Shown: positions 38,227 to 48,407 of the stretch, piece after piece
How the letters are laid out: each line of letters opens with the position of its first letter
Numbering within the stretch: the stretch's first letter is position 1
Assembly: GCA_964631575.1 (NCBI GenBank)
Contig: CAZVYD010000001.1
Coordinates: 33,262 to 97,261, forward strand
Direction: 5' to 3'
DNA from: an uncultured Candidatus Bathyarchaeia archaeon
Lineage (GTDB): Archaea; Thermoproteota; Bathyarchaeia; 40CM-2-53-6; JALHTG01
DNA: 64,000 nt
Translations under genes and position numbers: made by a program
Notes under the pieces: generated by a model
Databases searched by the model: none
What the model was told of the DNA's origin: nothing
What the model saw: only the letters and a program-made list of their open reading frames with translations

Positions 38227-38798
38227 TTTTCTTCAACCTCTACTTTCACAGCCGCCCTTTGATGCATTAGGGCTCGGGCGTTTTCCGCTGGCAGCGAAGC
38301 TATGTCTTCAGGCTTGAAGGGGCCGTAAGTCTTCAAGTCAACGCCGACTATTGCGGGGATCTCACAAGCAAATCGCACTAATATTTTTTGCGGCACATCT
38401 CTCGGTGTCGATGGGGCAGCATTAACCAGCTTTCCTTCTAAGAGGTTCTTCTTCAATCGCGAACATTGGCTCGATGCTTGAAGCAACGTTTGGTAGATTT
38501 CTTCTTCTTGTCGTGTCAGGAATCCTGTTGGAATTGGTGTCTCGTTCCCGAGCAAGGAGTCAAGCATTTTTCGAAACCTACTTGCTACGATTTCAGACAG
38601 TAGTCTTCTGCTATTCTCTAGCTCCTGTCTGAGTAGTCTGGACTTCATCGTTTTGTTATCCATCATCCTCTGGCCCTCTCTCAATTTTCTTAGATGGTCT
38701 GCTGCCTTTTCATAGAAGTTCTTCGGGAAGGCCTGTAGGTCCCTAGACGATTTCTCTCGTTTCCAAGCATCGTACAATTCTTGATGCATGTCAGTCAC
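38223..38798 (-). CDS. GINS complex subunit (Gins51-type)
   Basis: LQ.FP.NFYE, LT..EE.IY, IPAIVGVDLKTYGPF.PEDIA.LP.ENA. Confidence 0.88.
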   Translation of the reverse strand: MTDMHQELYDAWKREKSSRDLQAFPKNFYEKAADHLRKLREGQRMMDNKTMKSRLLRQELENSRRLLSEIVASRFRKMLDSLLGNETPIPTGFLTRQEEEIYQTLLQASSQCSRLKKNLLEGKLVNAAPSTPRDVPQKILVRFACEIPAIVGVDLKTYGPFKPEDIASLPAENARALMHQRAAVKVEVEEN

Positions 38799-40009
38799 TT
38801 GGGTGATGCCTTTCCTTTGGCTATGAGAAGCAGTGCGGCTGCGCTAGGCAGTGTAACAACTTTGTTCACATACGGCCCAAAAGTCTGATTTCCAATCCTG
38901 AACTGAGGGGCTTCTCTTACGTGCACTGTCTCCTCTCCCTTGAATGCAATAGAATCGTTAAACGGATCGAAGCTTTCAATGCTACTGATCTCTGCCGCTT
39001 TGAACCCCGTCTTTCCATTCAATGTCTCGGGTATGCGGATCAATCTATGAATATCAGTTGTGACCACAGTGTCCACTCTCGCAGACTCCCTTTCCACAGC
39101 TTTTTGAATTAGTATTCTCCATGTCGCCGGGCCAACTCCTTCAGGAAGCTTTCCCACCTTCTCTCCGATCCACATTGAAGCAAATTCCTCCCCACTCCTG
39201 GCAATAGTCCTCGCAACCCTCCGATTGATGTTCCAACTCGCCAACTCGTCTTCTGAGGCCTCAGTCAGGATCTCATATAGACCCCTAGCAACCCTCCCCC
39301 GCCAGCCCGATGCTCGGAATTGGACTTCTGGCGCCCCCCTTCTATCCAAGAGATCCTGATGAATGTCCGGGTTGAATCCGAGGCCTAGTACATAGTCAAC
39401 GATCTCCTTTCGTTCGTCACCGTCAAGATTCTTGGCTTCCCCTGTTCTTACATGCACATGATATCCTCTATGTCCCGAGAAACATACAGTCATGTCATGC
39501 CTTGGGAGGCCGAAGTCTTCCATCAGGAAGTCTAGGAGTTTGATGACCTCCTCCTTGGCCCTTTCTAAGCATGCCTCGCAAAGCCAAGCCTCTTCGTCTA
39601 TTCTCTCTCCTTGACATTTCGGACATCTTTCGGGGACGGGCCCTTTCCCCTGCGCGTTACAGTTCCTACACATCCAAAGATCGTGCACATACTTGCATGG
39701 AGTGTTTATGTGGTCGGCGTCCACATCGAAGGTGAGATCCGCGCCCTGCCATTTCTTTTGATCCATCTCCTCCTCCGGCTCAAGGTAATATGCGGTTGAA
39801 CTGTATGCGTGTGCAGGCACCGTCGTGCTGATGAAGGCGCGGAGATCGGCTGCGTTTTTGAAAGCCCTGTGTCTTACCATCACTCCTCCTTCGAACAACA
39901 GAAACCCATATTCTCTTTTCTCCATTTCAGGGGGAGGCTTTATCTTTTCAGCATTGCCTTGATAGTACTCTTCGAACTTTCGCTTTACATACTCGTCATT
40001 TCCCGGCAT
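38795..40009 (-). CDS. priS: DNA primase small subunit
   Basis: FDVDADH, FSGHRGYHVH, DTVVTTDIHRLIR.P.TLNGK; Zn-ribbon insertion. Confidence 0.95.
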   Translation of the reverse strand: MPGNDEYVKRKFEEYYQGNAEKIKPPPEMEKREYGFLLFEGGVMVRHRAFKNAADLRAFISTTVPAHAYSSTAYYLEPEEEMDQKKWQGADLTFDVDADHINTPCKYVHDLWMCRNCNAQGKGPVPERCPKCQGERIDEEAWLCEACLERAKEEVIKLLDFLMEDFGLPRHDMTVCFSGHRGYHVHVRTGEAKNLDGDERKEIVDYVLGLGFNPDIHQDLLDRRGAPEVQFRASGWRGRVARGLYEILTEASEDELASWNINRRVARTIARSGEEFASMWIGEKVGKLPEGVGPATWRILIQKAVERESARVDTVVTTDIHRLIRIPETLNGKTGFKAAEISSIESFDPFNDSIAFKGEETVHVREAPQFRIGNQTFGPYVNKVVTLPSAAALLLIAKGKASPK

Positions 40010-41048
40010 ACCTTCGACCTCTGGACGAAGCTCTGCGGAGTTTCATTCTATAGTAAGAGAGTGGGTGACTGATCCGTCTGCACAGCTCATCCGGGGAGAT
40101 GCACAAGCCATGCGTCCTTAGAGTGGCACATTTCGGTGGCTTGTACTTGGTCTTGCCTCCTCTTGCTCCGGCGATGTGCTCAACTTGGTATCGCGTCTTC
40201 CTTTCATCGAAATCGGCCGCTGTCTTGAATAGCAGCAGAATGCTCTCTTGACTTGCGCCGGCATTGACCAAGAAGGAAGTCAAAGCGAAGCGTCCGATGT
40301 GAGGAATATGCTTGCCGGAATGCATTGAATCGTACAGGTTGCGTATGCACGGAGGCATAGCCTCGGGGATAACGGCCTGAGGCAGCTCCGAGAAAGCAGA
40401 GACGGTCCTCCTCTGTGAGACTAGTCTCCTTAGCCTTTCGATCCTGCTTCTCAGAAAATCTGGCTGTTCCGGAGGAATATCCTTCATCCTGCTGAGAATC
40501 CTGCTTTGGATTTCTTCTTGGAGAAGCCTTGTGGCTTCGTCTTTACTTACTTCAACTAATCCATGATCAAGCAGGCGGTTGGTCAGCTTCCACTTGGATT
40601 CCTTGATTCTGAGTGCATTCTTAATGTAGTTCTTGAAATTCACTCTAAGAATTGGGGTTCCCTTGTTACTCTCCTTCTCTGTAAGGTCAATCTTCCAACT
40701 AAAAGTCTTCAAGGCTACTTCGGCAACTCTGCTCGTATCCTCATTGAGCAGGAACTGGGATGCCCTCCTAGATTCAGCCAACGCAAAGCGTCTTTGGACC
40801 CAATCATCTTGGAGAATCGTCGCTAGGTAAACTGCGACAGGAAATGATAGGATTTCAATATCATCATTTTGCCATTCTGATGAAACTGCGCCATCTACTA
40901 TTGCCTGTCGTAGTCTCTCCTCAGCTCTATCCAGAATTGTCGCGTAGCTCTGATCGGATAGTTCTTCTACTGTTAGCCCTCGTTGCCTTACGTATTCCAC
41001 TGCCTCAGGAACGACTGGATATTTCGCCTGATCAACCTTGCTAAGCAT
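39996..41048 (-). CDS. priL: DNA primase large subunit
   Basis: AKYP, PPCI, H.GRF, TRYQVEHIAG, PPKC...C...C (Fe-S), HPLSYY. Confidence 0.95.
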   Translation of the reverse strand: MLSKVDQAKYPVVPEAVEYVRQRGLTVEELSDQSYATILDRAEERLRQAIVDGAVSSEWQNDDIEILSFPVAVYLATILQDDWVQRRFALAESRRASQFLLNEDTSRVAEVALKTFSWKIDLTEKESNKGTPILRVNFKNYIKNALRIKESKWKLTNRLLDHGLVEVSKDEATRLLQEEIQSRILSRMKDIPPEQPDFLRSRIERLRRLVSQRRTVSAFSELPQAVIPEAMPPCIRNLYDSMHSGKHIPHIGRFALTSFLVNAGASQESILLLFKTAADFDERKTRYQVEHIAGARGGKTKYKPPKCATLRTHGLCISPDELCRRISHPLSYYRMKLRRASSRGRRYAGK

Positions 41049-41058
41049 ATTGGATTGC

Positions 41059-41814
41059 TTATTCCGCTTCTATCCTCGGCGCAAGATAGTATTGCAATCG
41101 TCCCTGCTGCGGCATCTCGAACTGTATCCGAACCGGCATATTGGATGAGTATTCGACAGTGACAACCTCTGAGGTCGTAGCTCCAGCCTTTATGATCTCG
41201 GCCAAATAGTTAAGATTGAAGGTCGCCTTCGAAGGCTCCTTCACCTCTAGATCCAGCAGGGCTTCACTTCCTTTCTCCAACTCGATTGTGGCGCTACTCA
41301 ACTCGCCGGATGAGTTAACTATGAACTTCTCTACGGTAGATTCGAGTCTCACATTGTCACTTATTGCTTGGGAGTCCTCAATCATATCTCTTAGGCTACT
41401 TGCTATCATCTTGACGCGCGCGTTGAAACTCAATTTGGGAGTAGGGACCTCTTCCTCACTGGGTTCAAGGGTTGGCATAGTGAACTTTCTCATCATCTTT
41501 CCTTTCAATGTCATCTCGATCTTCTTCGTTGCTTCGTCATAAGCGATCTCAAGACGCTCATCTGGCCCGACTCTTCTAAGCAGCTTAAGCATCGAGTTCA
41601 TATTCATCCTGATCTTCAGTGGAGCGCTGCACGAGTAATTCTCGAAGGCAGAACTTGGAAGTTCAAAGTCGACCATGGCCACATGAGACGGATCCATCGA
41701 CCGGAGCTTGATTGTGTCCGGCGATATCTCGAAATCAGCCTCTTCGATCAGTGTGGAGATTGCTGTGAGTAGATTCTTCCAGACTCTTGCGTCTGCGAAT
41801 GCCGCTTTGAACAT
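41059..41814 (-). CDS. pcn: PCNA sliding clamp
   Basis: MDPSHVAMVD, FNLNYL, YYLAPRIE; start trimmed to MFKAAF. Confidence 0.96.
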   Translation of the reverse strand: MFKAAFADARVWKNLLTAISTLIEEADFEISPDTIKLRSMDPSHVAMVDFELPSSAFENYSCSAPLKIRMNMNSMLKLLRRVGPDERLEIAYDEATKKIEMTLKGKMMRKFTMPTLEPSEEEVPTPKLSFNARVKMIASSLRDMIEDSQAISDNVRLESTVEKFIVNSSGELSSATIELEKGSEALLDLEVKEPSKATFNLNYLAEIIKAGATTSEVVTVEYSSNMPVRIQFEMPQQGRLQYYLAPRIEAE

Positions 41815-41918
41815 ATACTTTCCCAACTCATACCATTGCCTTGACTTCAGCAAATAACCTTTGACTGTATCCTCAGATGCATTCTAGCCTTAAAAGACTA
41901 CAGGTGTCTTAGAACAAG

Positions 41919-42242
41919 TCAAGCACTTTCTCGCCAAGTTGTTCCGCATCGAGTACACCGGAAAAACTGGGTTGAGGACTCATCTGCACCTCTTGTCTGA
42001 ACCAGCCAGTAGAATGCTTCGTTGTTGCCGCACTTCGGGCACTCTGCCCTCGTCTTTGGGAGAGTTCGAATCTTCTGTTCTTCTTGTCCTATGACTACTA
42101 TCTTCTCTTCATCGTGCTGAATCTTGCTTAGACTCTTTTGACCTTTTCTGGTTTCGTATCCACATTTGGGACAGTTAAGTACGACCTTCTTCTCTTTCAT
42201 CTGGGGTGTGAGGGTAGTTCCGCACTTAGGGCAGAATTGCAT
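41919..42242 (-). CDS. tfs: Transcription factor S (TFS)
   Basis: MQFCPKCG, CPKCGN, QTRGADE, C..CG..WRE. Confidence 0.95.
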   Translation of the reverse strand: MQFCPKCGTTLTPQMKEKKVVLNCPKCGYETRKGQKSLSKIQHDEEKIVVIGQEEQKIRTLPKTRAECPKCGNNEAFYWLVQTRGADESSTQFFRCTRCGTTWRESA

Positions 42243-42249
42243 TTTGGCT

Positions 42250-42801
42250 TCAACTGCCGCCCCGAAATTGACGGAGTGTCCAATTTAATCTTTTTGGGTT
42301 ATTCGCGGCTGATGCGATGAGGCCAGCAACCCTCACAGGCTCAGGTATGACGCTCCTGCAACTAGTAATTCTAAGAATCTCGATAGCCTTTTCTGTTGTT
42401 AGATCGATGCCAAGCGCCGAGACGCCCTTTTGCAGGCTCAGGTGAACGGCTTTTCTTACCTTTTTCAGTATTTGACCCACGATTTTGGTCTGTCTTTCTT
42501 GAAGGATCGCAATCGTCGGGAGTTTCGTAGTAGCATTGAACTCCTTCAAACCGGTAGCCTTCAAAGGACTCAACATTGCCCCGTGCAACATGGCGAATCT
42601 CAACTCATTGTAGAACTTTGACCTAGTGACCATTGCAGCGAGTTTTCTCGCCACATGAGGCTCGGTGACATCGATGATGGAGGTTACGATGCCGTCAAGG
42701 CACAGGCTACCCCTAAAGACAACTCCAACGACAACTCTTTTCCTCAGTCGTGTGGTTCCATCGTCTATACCTATGACTCTGGTTTCCATCTTCAAGGCCA
42801 T
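42250..42801 (-). CDS. DUF99 (endonuclease V-like) protein, divergent
   Basis: RVIGIDDG, VVGVVFRG, IPEPVRVA; conserved archaeal position. Confidence 0.8.
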   Translation of the reverse strand: MALKMETRVIGIDDGTTRLRKRVVVGVVFRGSLCLDGIVTSIIDVTEPHVARKLAAMVTRSKFYNELRFAMLHGAMLSPLKATGLKEFNATTKLPTIAILQERQTKIVGQILKKVRKAVHLSLQKGVSALGIDLTTEKAIEILRITSCRSVIPEPVRVAGLIASAANNPKRLNWTLRQFRGGS

Positions 42802-42805
42802 TGCC

Positions 42806-43171
42806 TCATTTACTCATCAGTTTTTCAAGGATCTTTTCTGAGAGATTTGCAAAAGCGTCAGAGGGGGAATCTGCCTGTCTCTCAAGAATGGTCGTGACTT
42901 CGTCTAACGTCAAGTAGTGATGGAGCCAAGCGTAGGCGACAAGCGATTCTACTGCATTAGATACGTCCCCTCTACTCATCCTTCTGGGGAGGAGTTCGCG
43001 GATCCCTGCCTTACGCGCCGCATCTGCCAGAGCCTTGTCGCTAACCTTAGTCCCCACAGGTTGCCTGAGACTTCGCGTTAGGGCAAGAGAATACGCAAAA
43101 TTGACGAATGAGTCTCCAAACTGAGCTAACTTTCTGTCCAGAAGGATCTGGACGAGTTCTTGTGTCTTCAT
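42806..43171 (-). CDS. Archaeal ribonuclease III-like family protein
   Basis: LAQFGDSFVNFAYSLALT, KVSDK.LA.A, ESLVAYAWL. Confidence 0.8.
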   Translation of the reverse strand: MKTQELVQILLDRKLAQFGDSFVNFAYSLALTRSLRQPVGTKVSDKALADAARKAGIRELLPRRMSRGDVSNAVESLVAYAWLHHYLTLDEVTTILERQADSPSDAFANLSEKILEKLMSK

Positions 43172-43247
43172 GACGAGAAGCCCCGGTCATAGTCTATCCT
43201 TTGAAGGGTTGCTCGTAGAGACGAACCGAATCCTATGGGAGCCACGT

Positions 43248-43532
43248 CTACCGAGGCCTTGTAGCCTTCTCAAATTCCTGAAGGAATTCGTTGGTTGTGT
43301 GGCAAATTCTGTCCAGTGCCTTTAACAGAGCTCGTTCGGGTGATCGGTCCGCTCGGGTTCTCAAATGCAAGACAGGTTTTGCCACGAGAGGATGGGGAAT
43401 GTCATACCCCGCCATCTCCACGGTCTTGTCCTCCAGAAGTGCGTCTTGCAACAGATTACAGAACGTATGTCCCTCACCTTCAACCTCGATTTTCAACTCG
43501 TTCTTCGTCTTCTTCAAAATGGCTATTTTCAT
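43248..43532 (-). CDS. rpoL: RNA polymerase subunit Rpo11 (L)
   Basis: EGEGHTFCNLL, AGYDIPHPL. Confidence 0.95.
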   Translation of the reverse strand: MKIAILKKTKNELKIEVEGEGHTFCNLLQDALLEDKTVEMAGYDIPHPLVAKPVLHLRTRADRSPERALLKALDRICHTTNEFLQEFEKATRPR

Positions 43533-43544
43533 TGCGGATTTCCT

Positions 43545-44120
43545 CTATGTGGCATATCTGCCATAATCGTCCGAGGTTTTTCTGCGCTCCACTTTTCCAC
43601 ATGAGGGGCATTGCAAGACGTGATTTCGCTGCACGAGCGGTTGGCCGCATTGGGAGCAGTAAGCCTTCACTACACCCAGTCCCCTCCCTATGGTTGTCAG
43701 TTGAGGAACCCTATTCTTCGTGCTTACTATCTTCGCACGAACGATATCACCCGTCTTACATACTTCTTTCATTGTTCTCTCATATCGAGGACTTGACGAC
43801 GATATGTGAAGGATACCCGAGAAAGGCGTCCCAACAGGTAGTTGGTCTATCTCAAGGATGTTGACTTGGGCAACTTTGTCCTGTGTACTTGTGACGATGC
43901 TGATCACAGTCGAGTCCTCTTCAGGGATCAACGGCTTCTTCGTCTTTCTCTGGATCTCAACGATCTTGTTTACCTTGTCTATTTTCGCAAGGCCTATGGC
44001 CTCTGAGTATATCGTTCCATTCTCTTCATAGGTGCCACGACCAGGAACGAATTCCTCTATGACGCCCAGTCTTTCACCCGGAACGACGAATTGTACCCTC
44101 TGTCCAACCTTGCTAGACAT
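43545..44120 (-). CDS. csl4: Exosome RNA-binding protein Csl4
   Basis: VVPGE.LG.IEEF.PG.GTY, S1 domain, LGVV.AYC..CG...C..CG..E.RK. Confidence 0.94.
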   Translation of the reverse strand: MSSKVGQRVQFVVPGERLGVIEEFVPGRGTYEENGTIYSEAIGLAKIDKVNKIVEIQRKTKKPLIPEEDSTVISIVTSTQDKVAQVNILEIDQLPVGTPFSGILHISSSSPRYERTMKEVCKTGDIVRAKIVSTKNRVPQLTTIGRGLGVVKAYCSQCGQPLVQRNHVLQCPSCGKVERRKTSDDYGRYAT

Positions 44121-44745
44121 CCCTTATCATCCTGAAGAGATCGACTTTCACCAAATGCTTCCTTTTGCGATGGAACGTGAACATGTATGGAATTTCAAAT
44201 TCAAGTTGATGTATTTCGCTGACTGTGCCTCCATGCTTTTCAACCAGCCTTTTTATAAAGGCTCTGTTCTTGACACCGCACTTGTGAAGAGAATACACGA
44301 CACTTCCGATTTCCAACGCCTTAGCTACGAATATCCTGTCCGCCCCTCTCCGCTGAACCCCGAAGGGCGGATTCTGGATCACTGTATCTACATTTCCAAC
44401 GATCGCTCTGACATCGGAAAGTATCCATTGAACCTTCTCTTGCTGGCTCGACATTGCTGCATTGCGCTTAGCTGTCTCTATTGCTCTCCTATCGAAATCC
44501 ACTCCCACCGTCAGTTCGGCCCCCAAGTAGGCGCTTCCAAGAGCAAGTCTTCCAGTTCCACAACCAAGATCTACAACAATTCTGCCGTCTATGTCATGAT
44601 GCCGGTATTCTGCGATAAATAAAACCTCAGAGGCGGTCTTCGGTGAAATTGTATATTGTTCAAGATTCGATCTAGGTTCGGGGTGTGGCTTAAGTGATTG
44701 GAGGAAGAGTTCAAGTTCTCTTCGAGGGACTATCCTCTTGTGCAT
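44113..44745 (-). CDS. METTL5-like rRNA m6A methyltransferase
   Basis: LEQY, DLGCGTG.L, NPPFG, FHRKRK. Confidence 0.9.
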   Translation of the reverse strand: MHKRIVPRRELELFLQSLKPHPEPRSNLEQYTISPKTASEVLFIAEYRHHDIDGRIVVDLGCGTGRLALGSAYLGAELTVGVDFDRRAIETAKRNAAMSSQQEKVQWILSDVRAIVGNVDTVIQNPPFGVQRRGADRIFVAKALEIGSVVYSLHKCGVKNRAFIKRLVEKHGGTVSEIHQLEFEIPYMFTFHRKRKHLVKVDLFRMIRDV

Positions 44746-45718
44746 AGTCTTCCCAACGCTTCACGCCTACCGCTATCATCGCCTCATCCGGGTTAAGAAC
44801 AGGCTTGCTGAATCTGTCTCGGTCATCCAACGCGACCCTTGGACAGCCCGTGCTCACGAAACCTTCAATATCGGAGAAGTTCTCCAGCACAATCGGATCT
44901 ATCTCACGCAAGGCGAGAAAAACGCATTCATGTCCTCTACTTTCTAGAAGAACTCTCACCTCTGTAGCTACGGTTGGCCTGAACTGCCCTGTTTTGAGTC
45001 CTATGATTATCCCTATTTTCCTCGCCTTTCTGAAGGAATCTATGGCCGCATATCGCTTCTTGAAGAATCTCTTGGCCAGCCTCTCCATGTCCCGCACTTC
45101 GTGTTGAAATGGATCTGCCACGATGGTCCTCTTTCCTGTCGCAATTCTGACGCCGAGTCCATGAAAATCTCCTCCAGAGAGGACAAGAAAGGCATCCACT
45201 TTAGGTGAGATAGATTCGACCGTTCTAAACTGGCATCCAAGGATTTGCCCATCATACCTCAGCTCTCCTTCTGCCTTGCCTATTCGGACAGTTTTTCCTG
45301 CCTCTTCCAAGATGTGCTTGGCCGTGTTCAATTTGTCGACATGCTGGATTACTGACGCAAGCCCGATAGCTCGTTCTTCCTTGAGTTCTGCCAGAGCCTT
45401 CCGGACTACTCCGGCCACATCCAGTAAGGCTCTTGCCTCAATGAAGACACATTTTTCGTTCTTGATCCCAAATGTCTCAGAGTGGCCGAGATGGACTATG
45501 AGGTCAGCCTCTAAGGTTGATGCTTCGCTCAGCGCCAAGTCGCAGGAACCGTAGCAAGGATCTGCCGAGATTATTACTTCGGCAGAGGTTTGCTTCTCAA
45601 GTAATCGTGACAGCTGGAACGCAGCTGGCCTAAGCCCATCGGGTACCTGTAGCAGGACTCGCTTTGAGTTCCGCCTAGTTACCTCGCTTATGATCTTTTC
45701 CGGCTCTAGATCCAACAA
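44711..45718 (-). CDS. dph2: 2-(3-amino-3-carboxypropyl)histidine synthase (diphthamide)
   Basis: LQVPDGL, PCYGSCD, GQILGC, GGDFH, K.GQ, GCPR. Confidence 0.94.
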   Translation of the reverse strand: MLDLEPEKIISEVTRRNSKRVLLQVPDGLRPAAFQLSRLLEKQTSAEVIISADPCYGSCDLALSEASTLEADLIVHLGHSETFGIKNEKCVFIEARALLDVAGVVRKALAELKEERAIGLASVIQHVDKLNTAKHILEEAGKTVRIGKAEGELRYDGQILGCQFRTVESISPKVDAFLVLSGGDFHGLGVRIATGKRTIVADPFQHEVRDMERLAKRFFKKRYAAIDSFRKARKIGIIIGLKTGQFRPTVATEVRVLLESRGHECVFLALREIDPIVLENFSDIEGFVSTGCPRVALDDRDRFSKPVLNPDEAMIAVGVKRWEDYAQEDSPSKRT

Positions 45719-45786
45719 TTCACTTTAGGATCCTTACCGAAGTTCCAGTAACCATGCATCTGAGGCCGTGTAGGATTTCCAGTCGT

Positions 45787-48306
45787 CTACCTTCGCCGTT
45801 TCTGTCTTCGCTGAGAGCCTCGTTTTCTTGAGGTTTTTAGTCGTTCCTCCACTTTAGCAACATCTATGTATGCTTGGATCACAGTGTCGGGGTTGAGGCT
45901 CATCGAGTCTATTTCGTTTTCTACGAGGAAGACTCGGACTTCTTCAAAGTCTGACGGTGACTGTCCACAGATTCCCACCTTGACACGAGGCTTCGCTGAG
46001 TGTGCAATCTTGATGAGCTGCGCAATCGACCTTTTGACCGCCTCATTCCTCTCGTCGAAAAGATGTGCCAGTAGCTCGGAGTCTCTGTCTATGCCTAGCA
46101 CTAGCTGTGTAAGGTCGTTGCTTCCGATACTGAATCCATCGAATCGTTTGGAAAACTCATCTGCGAGGATAACGTTGCTGGGAATCTCGGCCATGCAGTA
46201 TAGCTCCAAACCATTCTTGCCTCGTCGGAGTCCCTCCTCTCGGAGCACCTTTATGACCTCGTCAGCTTCTTCGATGGTTCTGCAGAACGGGAACATTATC
46301 TTCACATTCGTCAGCTTCATTTCGTCACGGACCTTTCTCATTGCTTTACATTCAAGACGGAAGGCTCGAGAGTAGTCTCCTCCATAATATCTGCTGCAGC
46401 CTCGATATCCAATCATGGGGTTGCTCTCGGTGGGCTCGTATAACCAACCGCCGATGAGGTTTGCGTATTCATTGCTCTTGAAATCCGAGAGGCGAACTAT
46501 GACGTCTCCGCCGATTGTTCTATCGCTTGATTTGGTGGGGTAGAATGCTGCGGCAATCGTTGCGACGCCGTATGCGAGCTTGTCGACAAAGAATTGAGGT
46601 TTGTCGTCATATCCCGCTGTGATCTGCTCAATCTTCTTTAGATCCTCTTCAAGCCTTTGCCGTACTTGCTCCAGAGGCATCTTATGTCTAAGAGCAACTT
46701 GTTCGAGTTCGCTCTTGTTTTGTAGCATCTGTTTCAGCTTCTCAAAGTCAAGCAGAGCAAGTGGATGGGCCTGAATGTGGGAGTTTATGATGAATTCGAG
46801 CCGGGCGAGGCCCACGCCGTCGTTCGGCATTTGTCCTTGGTCGAATGCTTTTTCTGGAATGCCCACGTTCATCATTATGGCGGTCTTTGTTCTTGGGAAA
46901 TGTGACAAGTCGGTTTCTTCAACTTCGAACTTGAGGAGTCCTTCATATATTCTGCCCGCCCCCTCGCTGCAGTCCACCGTCACGTCGAGTCCTGACTTCA
47001 GCACTTCTGTGCCGTGCTCAGTGCCTATGACGCACGGTATCCCCAGTTCACGGCTTACAATCGCAGCGTGGCATGTACGTCCCCCTTTGTCTGTAACTAT
47101 GGCCGATGCTATCTTCATTATTGGTTCCCAATCGGGGTCAGTCATCTCTGTTACGAGGACTTCCCCTCTCCTGAACTTCGTTATGTCACGAGAGCTTTGT
47201 ATGATGTTAGCACGGCCTTGACCTATCATCCGCCCGACAGGCTCCCCTTCGACTAGGACTCTGCTCTTCTCCCTTAGAACGTAGTCTCTCAGCTTTGTTC
47301 GATCTCTCACAGAGTGAACGGTTTCAGGGCGAGCTTGCACGATGTAGAGTTTTCCTGTCCTTCCGTCGCGAGCCCATTCAATATCCATGGGCAAACCATA
47401 ATGCTTCTCAATCTCGACAGCATATCGGGCAAGTTGCTCTGCCTCTTCATCTGTGATGACATATCTGAGCTGCTGTTCCGGAGGCACTGAGGCTTGTGTT
47501 GTTCCTCCTTTCTCGTCGTAGATTAGCTTGATCGTCTTGCCTCCAGGCCTTTTGCTGATCACTTTTCCAGTAGGTTTGAATACGTAGAATTGGTCAGGAT
47601 TCACTTTTCCTTGGACGACATATTCTCCGAGGCCCCAGCTACCAGTGATGTATACAACGTTCTTGAAACCTGATTCCGTATCTATGCTGAAGATTACGCC
47701 ACTGCTTGCTAGGTCGGAACGAACCATCTTTTGAACTGCAACCGAAAGGCGCACCCCTGAATGGTCAAATCCCTTGTCAACTCGATAGCTGATCGCTCTA
47801 TTGGTAAAGAGGCTTGCCATGCACTTCTTTGTTGATTCGATTATGTTGTCGAGGCCTTGGACGTTCAGATAGGTCTCCTGCTGACCTGCAAAGCTCGCGT
47901 CAGGCAGGTCTTCTGCTGTTGCACTGCTTCGGATAGCGCAATCAGGTTCCTTTTCACCAAGTTTCTCACCTAGTTTCTGGTAGTATTCTGCAATTGCCTG
48001 TTCCAGCTCTTCCGGCAACTCAGCTTTCTCAATGGCCTCTCTAATGGCGGCGCCCCTCTTCTGAAGTTCGCCCACATCATGTGTGTCTAAGCCTTCAAGT
48101 TGCTTTCCTATGAAGTCCCCAAGGCCTGCCTTCTCGATGGTAAGTTGGTATGCGTATGCAGTTACTGCAAATCCAGGCGGTACAGGAACGCGGGTCTTTC
48201 TAATCATTTCGCCTAGGCTCGCATTCTTCCCGCCCACAAGCGGTATGTCTTTACGACCTACTTCATCAAACCAGATCACGAGTGGAGGATTTTTATCTTG
48301 AGGCAA
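45787..48306 (-). CDS. ppsA: Phosphoenolpyruvate synthase
   Basis: VGGKNASLGEM, RSSATAEDLP.ASFAGQQ, QARPETV, GGRTCHAAI, SIGSNDLTQ. Confidence 0.96.
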   Translation of the reverse strand: MPQDKNPPLVIWFDEVGRKDIPLVGGKNASLGEMIRKTRVPVPPGFAVTAYAYQLTIEKAGLGDFIGKQLEGLDTHDVGELQKRGAAIREAIEKAELPEELEQAIAEYYQKLGEKLGEKEPDCAIRSSATAEDLPDASFAGQQETYLNVQGLDNIIESTKKCMASLFTNRAISYRVDKGFDHSGVRLSVAVQKMVRSDLASSGVIFSIDTESGFKNVVYITGSWGLGEYVVQGKVNPDQFYVFKPTGKVISKRPGGKTIKLIYDEKGGTTQASVPPEQQLRYVITDEEAEQLARYAVEIEKHYGLPMDIEWARDGRTGKLYIVQARPETVHSVRDRTKLRDYVLREKSRVLVEGEPVGRMIGQGRANIIQSSRDITKFRRGEVLVTEMTDPDWEPIMKIASAIVTDKGGRTCHAAIVSRELGIPCVIGTEHGTEVLKSGLDVTVDCSEGAGRIYEGLLKFEVEETDLSHFPRTKTAIMMNVGIPEKAFDQGQMPNDGVGLARLEFIINSHIQAHPLALLDFEKLKQMLQNKSELEQVALRHKMPLEQVRQRLEEDLKKIEQITAGYDDKPQFFVDKLAYGVATIAAAFYPTKSSDRTIGGDVIVRLSDFKSNEYANLIGGWLYEPTESNPMIGYRGCSRYYGGDYSRAFRLECKAMRKVRDEMKLTNVKIMFPFCRTIEEADEVIKVLREEGLRRGKNGLELYCMAEIPSNVILADEFSKRFDGFSIGSNDLTQLVLGIDRDSELLAHLFDERNEAVKRSIAQLIKIAHSAKPRVKVGICGQSPSDFEEVRVFLVENEIDSMSLNPDTVIQAYIDVAKVEERLKTSRKRGSQRRQKRRR

Positions 48307-48407
48307 CTTGACATCGCCTCCCTAGTAGGAAGAACAGGTCATATTAAAGGCTCTCGCAGAATCTTGAGGTGAATGAAGAGCGCTAATATGGAGGCTTGTC
48401 GTCTCTC

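Noticed and set aside
46500..46545. Short in-frame insertion in ppsA (TKSSDRTIGG) as a second BHB intron
   Set aside because: No stop or frameshift, and I could not build a convincing BHB or exon-exon helix; more likely a loop insertion.
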